A DNA stretch of 63,850 bases, filler included, from Sluysia triapertura (taxonomy: Eukaryota), in the NCBI GenBank assembly GCA_046118255.1. It is 5 parts of 5 records of this genome, joined end to end, with 100 filler letters (N's around TTAATTAATTAA, not from the genome) between each part and the next. Parts side by side here need not be neighbours in the genome. Positions count along the whole stretch, not along the records: positions 24,146 to 39,006 come from JBJNIA010246429.1; positions 39,107 to 53,133 come from JBJNIA010008990.1; 3 more parts are not named here. The stretch is one strand, 5' to 3'. Each line of letters opens with the position of its first letter. Position 1 is the first letter of the stretch. A program made the translations under genes and the position numbers. The notes under the pieces are model-generated. The model was not told where the DNA came from, made no database searches, and saw only the letters and a list, made by a program, of their open reading frames with translations. This document shows, in pieces, positions 37,850 through 50,600 of the stretch.

Positions 37850-39000
37850 CAAAATTAAGCTCTTGGAAAATGAAATCAATAGCAACACAACAATTTACTG
37901 GTTAAATAAAAATCAACTACAAAATCAACTACAAATCTCTATTAAGCAGTACTAAAATGATTAAAATGACGATATTAATAATGACGTTTATAATAGTCTC
38001 AAGGATATAACAATCTATTAAAAAAACCAGAGGTGACGTAACACTAAGAAAAATATTAACTATTATTCACGATTATCAAAAATAAATTTTTTCAGCACAA
38101 CACAAGAACTAAAACTATTTTTTAGTAAAATCCTCAAAAAAATAATATTTTTAATTATAAAATAAATTCAAAAATTACTTAAAGCATGGATCTTTTCATT
38201 TGCATTACTAATTGTTATTATTGTTGTATTGTCGTTGTAGTTATTGTTGCGTTGTGAAATAAAATTTTTAAGTTTTCCTTTTTATATTTTCTCATCATCC
38301 AATAATTTCTAATTTTGTAATAAACATTTTCTCATACATATCACTGCAACATTCTTTGAGAATTAATCCGACAATAATAACTTTGACACTTGCATGGTAA
38401 AGACTGTCAAACTTTATTAGAAACAGAACACAAAAATTTATTTACGATTATCTATTATTTTCCTTTACTCTACTCAATCTAGTTTTACTTAAATTAATTC
38501 TCACATTAAAAAAACAATCATTATTTTTGTTAACATACATAAAAATAAGTAATTTAATTTTAGTTTTCAGAATTTAATTAATTTTTGATTTTTTATACCA
38601 AATTTTCTAATGAAAAATGTATTAAGGTTCTTATTCTCAAACGAACCATTTTACAAACATTTCGAGTTCACTTTCATAGCAATCATTTTGTATTCCATTC
38701 ATCACATTTGCATCACTCCAAGCATTGTTGGGGTACAAAAGGCCTAAAGTGCCATTTGGTAAAAATTGACTATAATAAAATAAAAATGTTAAACGGGGGT
38801 GATATCTCAGTGGTAGAGAATTCGAACTGCGCAGCGAGGTCCCGGGTTCGATCCCCGGTCAGTCCATTTTACGAAGTTTAACAGTATTACAAATTCAACA
38901 TTCCATATTTAAAAATTAATTAAAATTTCACTTTGCTCAATATTAAGGCTTTTCTTGCATGAACTCGGTCAAACCATACCTTCATCGAAAGGTCTTTTCA
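37850..39000 (-). repeat. Dispersed repeat, inverted paralogue of 35520-36600, carrying tRNA-core element copy 5
   Basis: See the 35520-36600 entry; colinear except for the 38726-38883 insertion. Confidence 0.8.
38726..38883 (+). mobile_element. tRNA-core element copy 5 (best preserved; tRNA-Ala/Cys-like core 38796-38866)
   Basis: TGTTGGGGTAC...GGGGTGATATCTCAGTGGTAGAGAATTCGAACTGCGCAGCGAGGTCCCGGGTTCGATCCCCGGTCAGTCCA TTTT ACGAAGTTTAACA. Flanks are GCAT/GTAT, and the element is absent from the paralogous site at ~35630. Confidence 0.9.
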
Positions 39001-39006
39001 AAACAA

Positions 39007-39106
39007 NNNNNNNNNNNNNNNNNNNNNNNNNNNNNNNNNNNNNNNNNNNNTTAATTAATTAANNNNNNNNNNNNNNNNNNNNNNNNNNNNNNNNNNNNNN
39101 NNNNNN
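39007..39106. other. Artificial contig linker
   Basis: N44-TTAATTAATTAA-N44. Confidence 0.95.
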
Positions 39107-39280
39107 TATCATAAAAGTATCAAAATTCTAAAAATGTTCGATTCTCAAGAACAAAATATAGGAAATATTGATGGATATGTAGTATTACCAAGAAATGCCA
39201 CAATTTGAAATCAAAAAAAGAAAATCAACATAGATAAATGTAATATAGATAGATAAACATAATAGTAAATATCGACTAAC

Positions 39281-41548
39281 TTGATATATTTTGTTTTCCA
39301 AGTAAATCCAGGCTGGTTCAATAACTTCAATAGTCATGTAATACAATAGATTTTGTACAAACGTTCTCATTCGTCCACCGAGCACATTTGCTTTGTTTAT
39401 TAGACGATTGTTAGTGTGCTGTTTCATATTACTGCATTTATTTGTAAGCCAAATTCTGTAATGTTTAATTAATAAATTTTCATTGGTCCATCAAAATTAA
39501 TTAGTAAGAAAGTCAAACTAACTCAGACAGTAATCGTTCAACAAAATGACAATAGAATAAGTGCCGAAACATTATTTGATAGTGCTGCATAATTACCGAA
39601 TCGAACACCAGACTAATAGGCCATTCGAAGGTGACTGATAATGTGAATGCTTGAAACACTTTCAAATCGCTATTAGAATTCGAAGTCAGTTCCGAACAAA
39701 CTAAAATGTACATTAATATTATAAGGTTTATTAAATAAATGCCAATAAAATCGTTAGAAACGTACAATATTCAAACTTTCAATTAATAGTAGACATCAAA
39801 ATAGTAGTATTAGTAATAATACTAATAGCAGAACGCTTTCCAAAAATAATTTGGTCACCACTGTACATCTACAATGGAAGAAAAGAGTACAAAAACTGAT
39901 AAATTAATAAACTAAAATTGATAAAAATCTCTTTGACACGTTGCATGCCTTGGGCTCACCGGTCACCGGCAAAGCGAAGATTATTAGAAGCACATACTGA
40001 GAAATTCATTTTGGGCAGGCATGTATTCAAGGTGTTGATTCATAAAAAATCAGTACATGACGGTAACACAATTTAATAAATAAAGCTACACAATAATTAA
40101 ACAAAACTCACTGTGCGATGCATCTGGATCAAATGTTATAATGGACTCTATTAGATACATTAAATTGTCTTTGCTTAATTCGACACTAAATAAGTAAATA
40201 AATGAATAAACAATTAAATATATTAAATGGTACAGAAAGATTGTAAAATGTAATTTTTGTTAAAGAAAATTTATGAACTGTTAATGATTTTTAAAGAATT
40301 CATTATTGTTGGTATATGGCAAATTGCTGCATATATATACACACTGATACCTCGATTTAATACTAACTTTATAAATATTGTCACCAATCAATATTTTTAT
40401 TATTGCCAAAAAATGAAATTAAATAATATTAAAATTAATATAATCTAATTAACTATAATATACTGTAAATATAGAAAATAATTCATTCAATTCAATATTA
40501 ATGATTTTGAGTATCTATTTTTACACTAAATATGAATTTGTATTTGGAATGGCTGATTAGTTTATATATAACTATAAATATATAAATAAAAATACAAATT
40601 AACTATGATGATTGTTATTATTTACAATAATAGTTTTTAAATTTAGTAATTTTATAATACATTAATATATTTAATTTGTAATATTTAATTTATTGTGTTA
40701 ATTTCTTATTGTCATTTTTATTTTAAGAAATAAGAAAATCTAAAAATGGCAATTAACCGAACCGCGAACTTATGTAAAAATTATATATCACAACCACCTT
40801 TTTTAAAGGTACATTTAGTATTTATAAATGTTCAATATGTCCACCTTGAACTTCAATATAAGCAAGACATCTTTTGATAACACTACAACATACTTTCTGG
40901 CAAGTTTCCTCTGAAATTTGGTTCCATTCGTGCTGAATATTTTGTTTTAGTTGATCAATTTTCCTAGTCTTTTTACATAAATTCTTAATACATTCGTTTA
41001 AATCGAAAGGTCGTCGCTGCATTTTTAAGAATGAGGGTACTGAAGCACACACTGAACAATGATGTCAGAACGAAATCAATAATCTCAGAAACAAGTCATT
41101 CCAAAGACTACTATTCGCACAAGGAAATGAATATTAGCGAAGATAACACATAAAATGACATAAATGAAGAAATTACATTTGTCGTTTTTGATATCTAATT
41201 TTTATTTAAGTTTCCGGTTCGGTTACTTTTGGGACACACAACACATTGGGGGTAATAAACAATCTGAAGGAAGTCATAATTTATTTAATTTTGACAATTT
41301 CTCTACTGAGATAAAATGAAAAAGAAATTAATTTGAACCATTTAATTCGTCTGCTCATAATTGTCAATATTCAATAATGCTCAATTTGGCAATAATAATT
41401 AAGTAAATTTAAACTATTACAATTGTAAAAAATCAAACAAACTTTAAATGATCTTTTAAATTTTCATTTAAATTGCTGCCGGCTTGAATAGCAACGTCTA
41501 GTAACGATTCTAATCGGTTAATTTGAACATCTTAATATAATTATTAAT

Positions 41549-41603
<55 letters not shown>

Positions 41604-44600
41604 CTTGAATAATATTACGTCTTATTTTTTAAATCGTATTCAAAGACAATTTTATTTTATAACTCGAATTTGTAATTAATGTTTAATTTTAATTAATTAA
41701 TTCATTTAATTGAATTTATCAATCATTTTATTCTTCGATACCGAATAATCTCCCGATTAAACAAAAATATTCGGCTCTTCAGTGTCACTTTTTGATAAGT
41801 TTCTGCATTCGATCTTATTATTGTTTAAAGTAAATAAATAATGATCACAGTTCATCCAAGGATACTATGAAACTAATTAATAAAAAGTAGGATGTTTCAC
41901 TGTTTCTATGAGAAATCAGAATGTAACTCCTCATTGGTCTACTTCTTACAAAGGTCTACATCTTGATATCCAATACGTGAAAGGACATCCTCAATGTTAG
42001 TGTTGCTTAGTCACTGCCAACCTTTTTGACTTTGGTCTCATTCGCAAACCAGTGTCTACAAGTCTCTAACTGCTTCTGCAAAGTCGTACTGGTAGCTTTA
42101 CGATTCATCGTAGAAAGATTCTCCAAATATCTATCATTTCTCACTGATGTTTTCTTCTTTTGCCACATTTTCCCAAACCACCACCTTTTGATGGACCACC
42201 AAAGAAAAACATAATAATTTGGTGGACCACTGCATTTGTGAATTTTGAATTAAAGTGAATATATTTAGTACATGTTTCATTTATTTTTATATTAAAATCC
42301 TGTGTTATTAAAACCTCATTAAATAATCATAAAATTCATCTGAAAATTACTGCAGATTCATTCCAAATATTCAAATGAAACAATGTCAATATTAATTTTG
42401 CACCCCCACATTTAATCCTTTATTGTTATTTTCACAAGTTCTATCGTCATCCATTATTAAAACCGTGCTGCAGATTGACCTGGTGTTTTGATTTGTACTT
42501 TTAACAATTTTATCAGCAATTCTTGAATTCTAATTCCTAATTCTCCAACTGGGAAGAAGATCTCACGTAAAACACCTTATCTTATGGAATTACATTTGAA
42601 TGCCAATAATAGAATGCAAGAATAGAATTCAAAATAGTGGCAATAATTTGCAAATGCTTACATTTCGAAGTCCTGAATATCATTTAGAAGTAACAAAAAA
42701 ATTTGGAAACCAAGATGAATATTTCATGGCGACAATAATAATCTGTACAGAATCCACAGTGATAATATGCTTGGTGATAGGTTGTATACCATTTATGTTT
42801 CAAAAATATACAACCAGTACTACCAGAGAATGTCAAATTACTGGAAGATTATGAAATATTTAAGAAAAAGGCAAAGTTGTTTCTGTTTCAGAAATATTAT
42901 AGAGTATTTACTTTGTAGTAGATATGAGCACAAATTAATATATTATTATTGTTATTATTACGGTTTTTCTATTTTTTCACACATAAATTACCTTCATTGG
43001 TTTTTATTAAATTATCTATTTTAATTATCTGTACGTGTAGGTGGTGTTCGACAATGCAACTTACATGAAGAGAATAAAAGTTGAAGTGTATGATTGTATA
43101 ACAATAACAATATTCATAAACTAAAATAACCTTTGCTTGTATGATTTAGTTCAGAAATAGCTAGATTCATGAAATGGGACAACCAATCAGCTTGATTTAA
43201 TAGAAAATAATGCTTCATAAATCTAAACATAAAAAATAATAATTTAACTTATTTAAAATAAAACATGAAAATAAAAGCAATTTATATATATATTTTTTAA
43301 TTTTTTGCTTTTGAATCCAAGAAATACCCACCTAACATAACTTGAAATCACAAACGATACAGTATTATAATATAAAACAATATTAAAATTGAGAAACCAA
43401 AAATTATATATTTAAGTATATTGCACTTATTTAAATATCTGAAAAGGTATGAGAATGCTGAATATATCTTGGAAATAATAAAAAATTCGAATGTCATTAG
43501 ACATAATAATCTGTATGTTTCAAAAATATACAACCAATTACCAGAGAAGGTTAAATTACCGATACATTATGAAATATTTAAGAGAAAGCAAAGTTCTTTC
43601 TGTTTCAGAAATACTATAGTAGATATTAGGGCAATATAAAAGGAGTGGGGAGCGACCACTGAAATACAATATAAGTTATATCATGAAAATTGAATAATTA
43701 TTGGCCATATTTCAAAATGAATAGAAAAACACGTTATAAAAATTATTTGTGTTCGAGAACATCTTAACAAACATAAACAAATTTAGATTTTCAATCAGTT
43801 GTGCAGCTTTGAATAATTTTGTTCAATATTCAGATAAAACTAAAAGATAAAATTAAAAATTAAAGTAGCCATAATATATCGATGAAAAGTACTACATAAG
43901 ACGGTATTATTCATTGTAAAGAGATAATAAATGGTAAAGATGTGCAAATTGTATCTATAGTGAAAATTTATTTAGTTTGTACCCATTTGAAAGCATTAAA
44001 TTATGTAATTAGCAATCGGAAATGTATCATTAATGATTTATATCTAAAAGCGAATTAAATTTTAAAATAAATAAATTATATCGCCAAATAGTTTCACTAT
44101 CACTATTTAAATAATGTTTTAGTTGCCAATAAAATCAAGAATATAATTCAAAATAATGATAAGAATTATCGATAATAATCATAATAATAATTACAGAAGT
44201 CCTGAATATATTTTAGAAATAATAAAAAATTGGAAAAAAAATGAATATTTCATTGAGACATAATAATAATCTATACAGAATCCACAGTGATAATAAGCTA
44301 GGTCAGTATTTTCCAAAAGGGGTGCGCGATCCACCAGTTGAGAAAATATTCTTTAGACATGAGAAGTCCACTTTTAAATAATTTTTAATTCTTTTATATT
44401 ATTGATATTAGTATTAGACGACAAAATAGTAAATTTTTTCTTAATGAAAAAAACAGTATCAAGTGTTATTATTTAATATTTTAATTTTTGGGGTCGAGAC
44501 AGTTTCCGTCCGTGGAGACAGTCTGAAAATCAAGAAATTTTATTCAATTGTTAGTTTTGTTCTGAAAATTTATATCACTAAAATATAAAATCAATTATAA

Positions 44601-47600
44601 AGTAATAAGGTAAATTGAGGGTACAAAAGCAAAGTGAAGCAATGTAAAGACTTTGAAACTACAAAGTGGTCATAAAATGAAGCAGATTAAATAAGAATTT
44701 AATACAGTTATCAAGTAAGGCAAAGGTTTTCTTGATAAAAGTGGTATGACTGAAATTAAATCTTAGATAAATAGAATTTGTAAAACTTCGAAGGATAAAG
44801 TATTTGCACTTCCATATCGAATAACCGAGTCGAGTACAATAAATATTTTTGATTATGAACAAATTAGATCAGTTAGTATTATTACCACATGCAGAACTAC
44901 AAAATTCAATATATTGAATTCCCCGAATTGAATAACAAGATTAAATTTTGACGGAGTTAAATTTTGCCAAAGTAGATAATCATTAATAGAATAGATTTAA
45001 CCAAAAAAACTCAACATAGAATAATTCAATAAACATCCCTTTAAAACAAATAATCAATTCATCATGTTTTACATTAAGATTTCGAATAAATTTAATTAAT
45101 AATTAATATACGTCAGAAAATAAACTGTAGAAGATTCACAGAAATATTATATTATTAAACGTTTTAATTTTAAACGTTTATATATTACGTAAAGAATTAA
45201 AAAAATAGAATTATTAACGAAGTGTAATAATTATTATTTTAGAATAGAAATAAACTTGAAATATTACGGAAATTATAATTGTTTTGTTAATTCTTGCAAA
45301 ATAAATAAATAATTATTTACATAAATATTCGAAAAAAATAAAATCGTATATAAAAGAACTAAAAACAAAATGGAATCGAAAAATAACATTTTTTCATCGT
45401 GGTTTCAGAAGTATAAGTCAATTTCAGAACGACGCAATACGTTGAGTAAATAGACATATCTTGTGGAAATATTAACTGATTCGGGAACAAACTCAACTTC
45501 GGGATTCATTTGATTAAATTGATTCTATAAATTTGTATTTTATAAATATTTCCCTTATTTAAAGTAAGAGTTAAACTTTACTTAAAATTCATAATTTGTT
45601 TTTCTCCTATTTTATTGATAGCATTAAAATCACTTTAAAATCTAATAATTTAATATTATGAGAAATCTAAATAACTATATAAATTATTTTTATCTATAAT
45701 CTATCATTATTTATATATTTTGTATAGAGATTTATTCGTTTATTTACTTAGTTATTTTAAAAAATATTTCTTCCGAGGGACCTGGCTTACTCGCGAACGC
45801 ATAATTTGGATAGGTAAAGATCATTCTGGTTGGTTGATTGTTGTATTGATGAGAGTATTATTATATTAAATTTGGATTTGGTGTTAATTAATTGGAAAAG
45901 GATTTTCTTAGTTTTTGATTGATAAGTTTATTGTCTATGCAGATGTTTGAAACTTACAGTATTTTCAAGGATCTTACTTTAATTAATCAAAGTCAATTTT
46001 AATGGTCAGTTAATCAGAAAAGTGAGTCACGTGTCCCCACACTACCTGTTAGACCTGCTGTCATTTAATCTGAGAACCTACCATACATATATAATTTCCA
46101 CAAGAATGTAATACAATATTTTATATTATTTGCATCTCGTTAAGCAGCATTCATCATGATCAGACAAACCTATTTATACAAGAAATATTGGATCATACAA
46201 TTTATGACCGTCCGAAGAAATATCCATCTCCGAATAATACCAACCTAATCTTTAAGTGACGTTGCTAACCTTTATTAAACATTACTAATAACAGAAAATC
46301 ATCATCACAAAACCTGCATAATTCGGACTACGATTATATCTTAATATTTAATCACACCTGTAAGAGCTAGAGTATTAGTAAAAATGTGTACATACAAAAA
46401 CTTAAACTTATGCATTTATTAAAAATCATCATTCTCATTATTAAGAAAAAGTGTACGTAAAGTGCAATTTTCCTTGATTTGATTGTATATAATTGATGGT
46501 TTTGATCTGGTTTGATCTACATAATAAATGGTAGAGTTTTCAAAATATTCTTTATATTTTTTATGACTTATTTTGGTGACTTTAGCATTATTGTATTCAA
46601 TGATAGTCGATATTAAAGAATAGCATTTGGGCCTGAAAAATATCCATTTAATATAGTTTTTACCTTGCGTTAACTTTCGTTTTAAATAGTCTACAGTCTT
46701 ACTATAAAGAAAACTGTTTTAAAAAATTTTTTTTGGAATTTTGTTGTAGATTGACTACGTTTACGTTTGAGAATACGCCAATGCACTGTATTTATGTTCA
46801 TGCGTTAATAATAATTTTTTAACTTTAGAATTTGGTGGACATTTAGATTCAGGAGCTAAAGATAATACATCTAACTTATAGTGCACATGAGATGGAATAA
46901 TCAAGTCAACTTCGAATATATAATCTATTTTACTTTACTATTATAAAATAAATCCATGTGAAGGCATTAGATGATAATGGTTGTTATAAACCTCAACCAT
47001 ATAAATTATTAATATATATGTACAATAAACTAGTATTATTATCAGATCTTGCACGTTTTGTTGACAAATTTATTCCACCTCTTACATCATTTTCGAAAAA
47101 ACTAAACATATCAAGATCAGTTAAAACCAGCAACTCATCATCTTTTGACTTAAGTGCTGATACCCAAACTTAAACCAGGTAATGATAAAATGATCTTCAT
47201 TCATGGTTGTATTCCTATGTTCTTCAAAATGACTAGCCATAAAATGTCTATTTTTATGTAGGCCATCACCTAATCATATAAATTATCACAATTTAATTCT
47301 AGTCATATTATAATCGTCATCACTTATATCATTATTCCACGTTGGTAGTAATGATTTAATATTTTGTAACGTACAGCGGGAAGTAGGCATTTACCTTTGG
47401 ATTTTATTACCCTACTTGAAAATACATTACTAGTTATACTTGCTAAACTAATTGGTAAAATTTTTAACTGCATATTTTAATGTATGATCAATGTCTTATC
47501 CAGGTAAATTATAAAATTGTATAGGTAAAGTCGGAAAATTTTTTCTACTTAAATTACATTTATCATAAGATGCACCTACGTACTTACCTCTAAAATGGGA

Positions 47601-50600
47601 ACTGGGTTTAGACAGAAATAACATGACTTTTCATTATTAAACTAGTTAATTTCATTTCTTTTCGATTGTGGTAATAAGGAATAACTATATATTGAACATG
47701 TTCTTCAATCTTATTTAAATAGCTTACTACACATTTATCAGCAGCAAAACTATTTCGTTTCGCCTAGTTGCATCTAGTGAAGACTCCAATTTAGGAATTC
47801 GACGAAAGGTTTTTGTTCAATGATTGATGATGAATAGAAGGTTGTAATATAATTTACTAGAAGTACTTAAAGAAATTGTGTTGTTTCAAACCTATCATTC
47901 GAAATTTCATCTAACACAAATAAACAAAACATCTTATTTAACTCACAAAATATTAAACAAATTCGCAATAGCCTACCAAAATTATCAACATACTAAGAAA
48001 TTTAGTTTATACTTGAAGACCAAAAAACAAAAAAATTAGTCTGATCATTTCAATCAAATAATTCAATGTCTGTTGTTTGGATAAAGCATCGAACCGTAAA
48101 CATGATGTAAATAATTCCGGTGATGAAGTTAGCGGAACTCTTAAAGATTTTGCAAACTATAATATAAATCTGATGGTGTAGTTTATGAAGTTCATAAAAA
48201 TAATAACTACTATAATGGTTTGTATCCAAATAATCTTTATGGCCGACGTGGCTCAACTGAAAACAATAAAACAATGTAAAGGCCAATCTGTATCATTCAA
48301 AAATGAAATTATTACTAATTCTCATAAACAACTTCAAAGTAGAGTCTACTCGGTTCGTTTAATCAAAACACCTAAACATCGTCTTAACAAATCCGAACGA
48401 TGAGAAATATCTGAACAACCTAATCAATAACAGAAATATGCATAACACAGATATCCCGATGTAGTTTTTGAGAAGTTTTGGAATCTTATCATTCATGAAC
48501 CTGACCTCCAGCTTAAAGGAATAAGTTTCAATAACCGTGATTCTTCTATTGTTTCTTTTAATTACTACTATAAATTGTCTTGTATTACATATTTTTCTGG
48601 TGATTTTTTACTTCTATCAATTTACATTCATCACCCTAAGTTATTTATAGAATTCAATTTTATCTTAAAATTTATAACTCGGTGCATTAAACAAATAATG
48701 TTAATTAGCCCGATCAAAATTGTAACTTATCCACATCTTGACGAATATTCCAATTAAAACGTCCAAACTTTAAAAACCTTTATTCATTTAACAAAGAAAT
48801 TAATTTCGCATTATTACATTTTTAACCATTATAGAAGTGCAACATTAATGTGATATTAAGAATTAATACGTCTTCGGATGTATATTCAACTTAGAATATC
48901 GTTGAAAAACTTTATTGAATTATATTCTATAATTTTCAAAAGATTAGATTAAAACCTTACGCAATGTCTTACACTTTTGATAATTAATATCAATTGTCTT
49001 AAAATAACTTATTTGTAAGGCTAGGCTTTATTACAAACCCAATATCCAGTACGTACGATTGCCAAGAGTTTTTTAGTTAATTTAGAGGTTGCTACATTCG
49101 ATATTGTGTTTATATTTCATCTTACATTTCAAATTAAATTGTGACTCAAAAGGACATTAAAATCGGAAACTATTTATTTACAACATTTCAAATTCAGCTG
49201 AAATACCAAGTGGTTTCTTATTATTACTGTATTGAAAATCCAAAATCAATATTAAATTTCTCAATGGATAATAATTTCATTTTTATTTTATTGTCAATAT
49301 AATGATGCTTATTTAGATAATGATCCATGATTATTAGGATTATTTTATTACTTTCCATATGTATTGTATTTTTCTTTTTCTACAATACATGATTTCAGCA
49401 AGTTTATTATGCTCATCAAAAAACAAATTAATGTTAGCGATAGGGATAAATTTTAGTTTCTTACTAAGTAGTATTTTGTTCTTTGTCCAATTGAAATTTT
49501 GTAAAAGTTATGAGTATATTCGACTAGCGCAACTTCCAATTTCTCAGATAATTCTTTTGGATTTTGATTATGCACAATGAACATGGAAGCATTATTATCT
49601 GGTGGAGTGAGTGGACAACTATTGCTTGGTAATATATAAAAATTTTCAGTACTCATTTGCATCAATTTATTAAGTATTACATTAATCCATTTTAATTACC
49701 TTGTTCTGTAAAATATTTTTCTAATGTTTCTTATAGTACGATTAAATCGTTCAACTAATGATGCCTTGTATTGACTAAATACTGAATATTGATTAATTTC
49801 ATATTTTTAGTATCTTTCACTTCTTTATTAGTTAGAAAGTTTATAGATTTGTCGCTTTTAATTAATGTCACATCTTTACCAATGTTTGATTTAACTGATA
49901 CAGCTATTGCAAATCTTGAAAACACACCAACACAAATTAAAATATATTTATAATTTTTCAATATGGAATCATTACCATTAAATCATCTTGTCATAATCCA
50001 TTTGGATCTCCTATTTTAAATTATTTACGCCTTTGTACTTGTCAAATACAATTCCTGCTTTTTGCAATCTACATTTTTCTCAACTTCTTGCATTTCCTTT
50101 ATCTCGTTCTTACGTTAATAGTTTCTTGGTTATTGGTTTTTTAGGTAATGTGTTACGTGACGCTGGCATTGTCTTACAGTTTTATATTTTTAAATTAATT
50201 TGTTACTAATGATGGCGATAGATTTGAGTTTAATGAACCTAAGTTCGCTTCTGCAATAATTACGTACTCTTTACATTTCATGGAGTACGAAAATTATCGT
50301 AAATATAGCTTCAAGTATATTTTAATGATGCTAGTCTTAAAGATTCTATAAGAAAATGAAGTGTGAGGTGTTGACTGTGCGGAATTGGATTATAGGGAAT
50401 TAAACTATTAACTATAAGCGTTTCATATGTTTTATAACTTTTACGTTTTCCTACACCTTTGGTACGATATCTTTTATGATTACCTAAATTCATATTAAAA
50501 CATTTATATGGTCCTACATTTATGTCATTATACATACTGTCCTAATTCTTATTGAGTTTGTAATCTGGATATATTCTATTATGTGTAATTATTTTTGCTG

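Noticed and set aside
38796-38866. Functional tRNA-Ala/Cys gene
   Set aside because: The anticodon stem does not pair, the anticodon region differs between copies, and the core is embedded in a dispersed repeat; treated as tRNA-derived.
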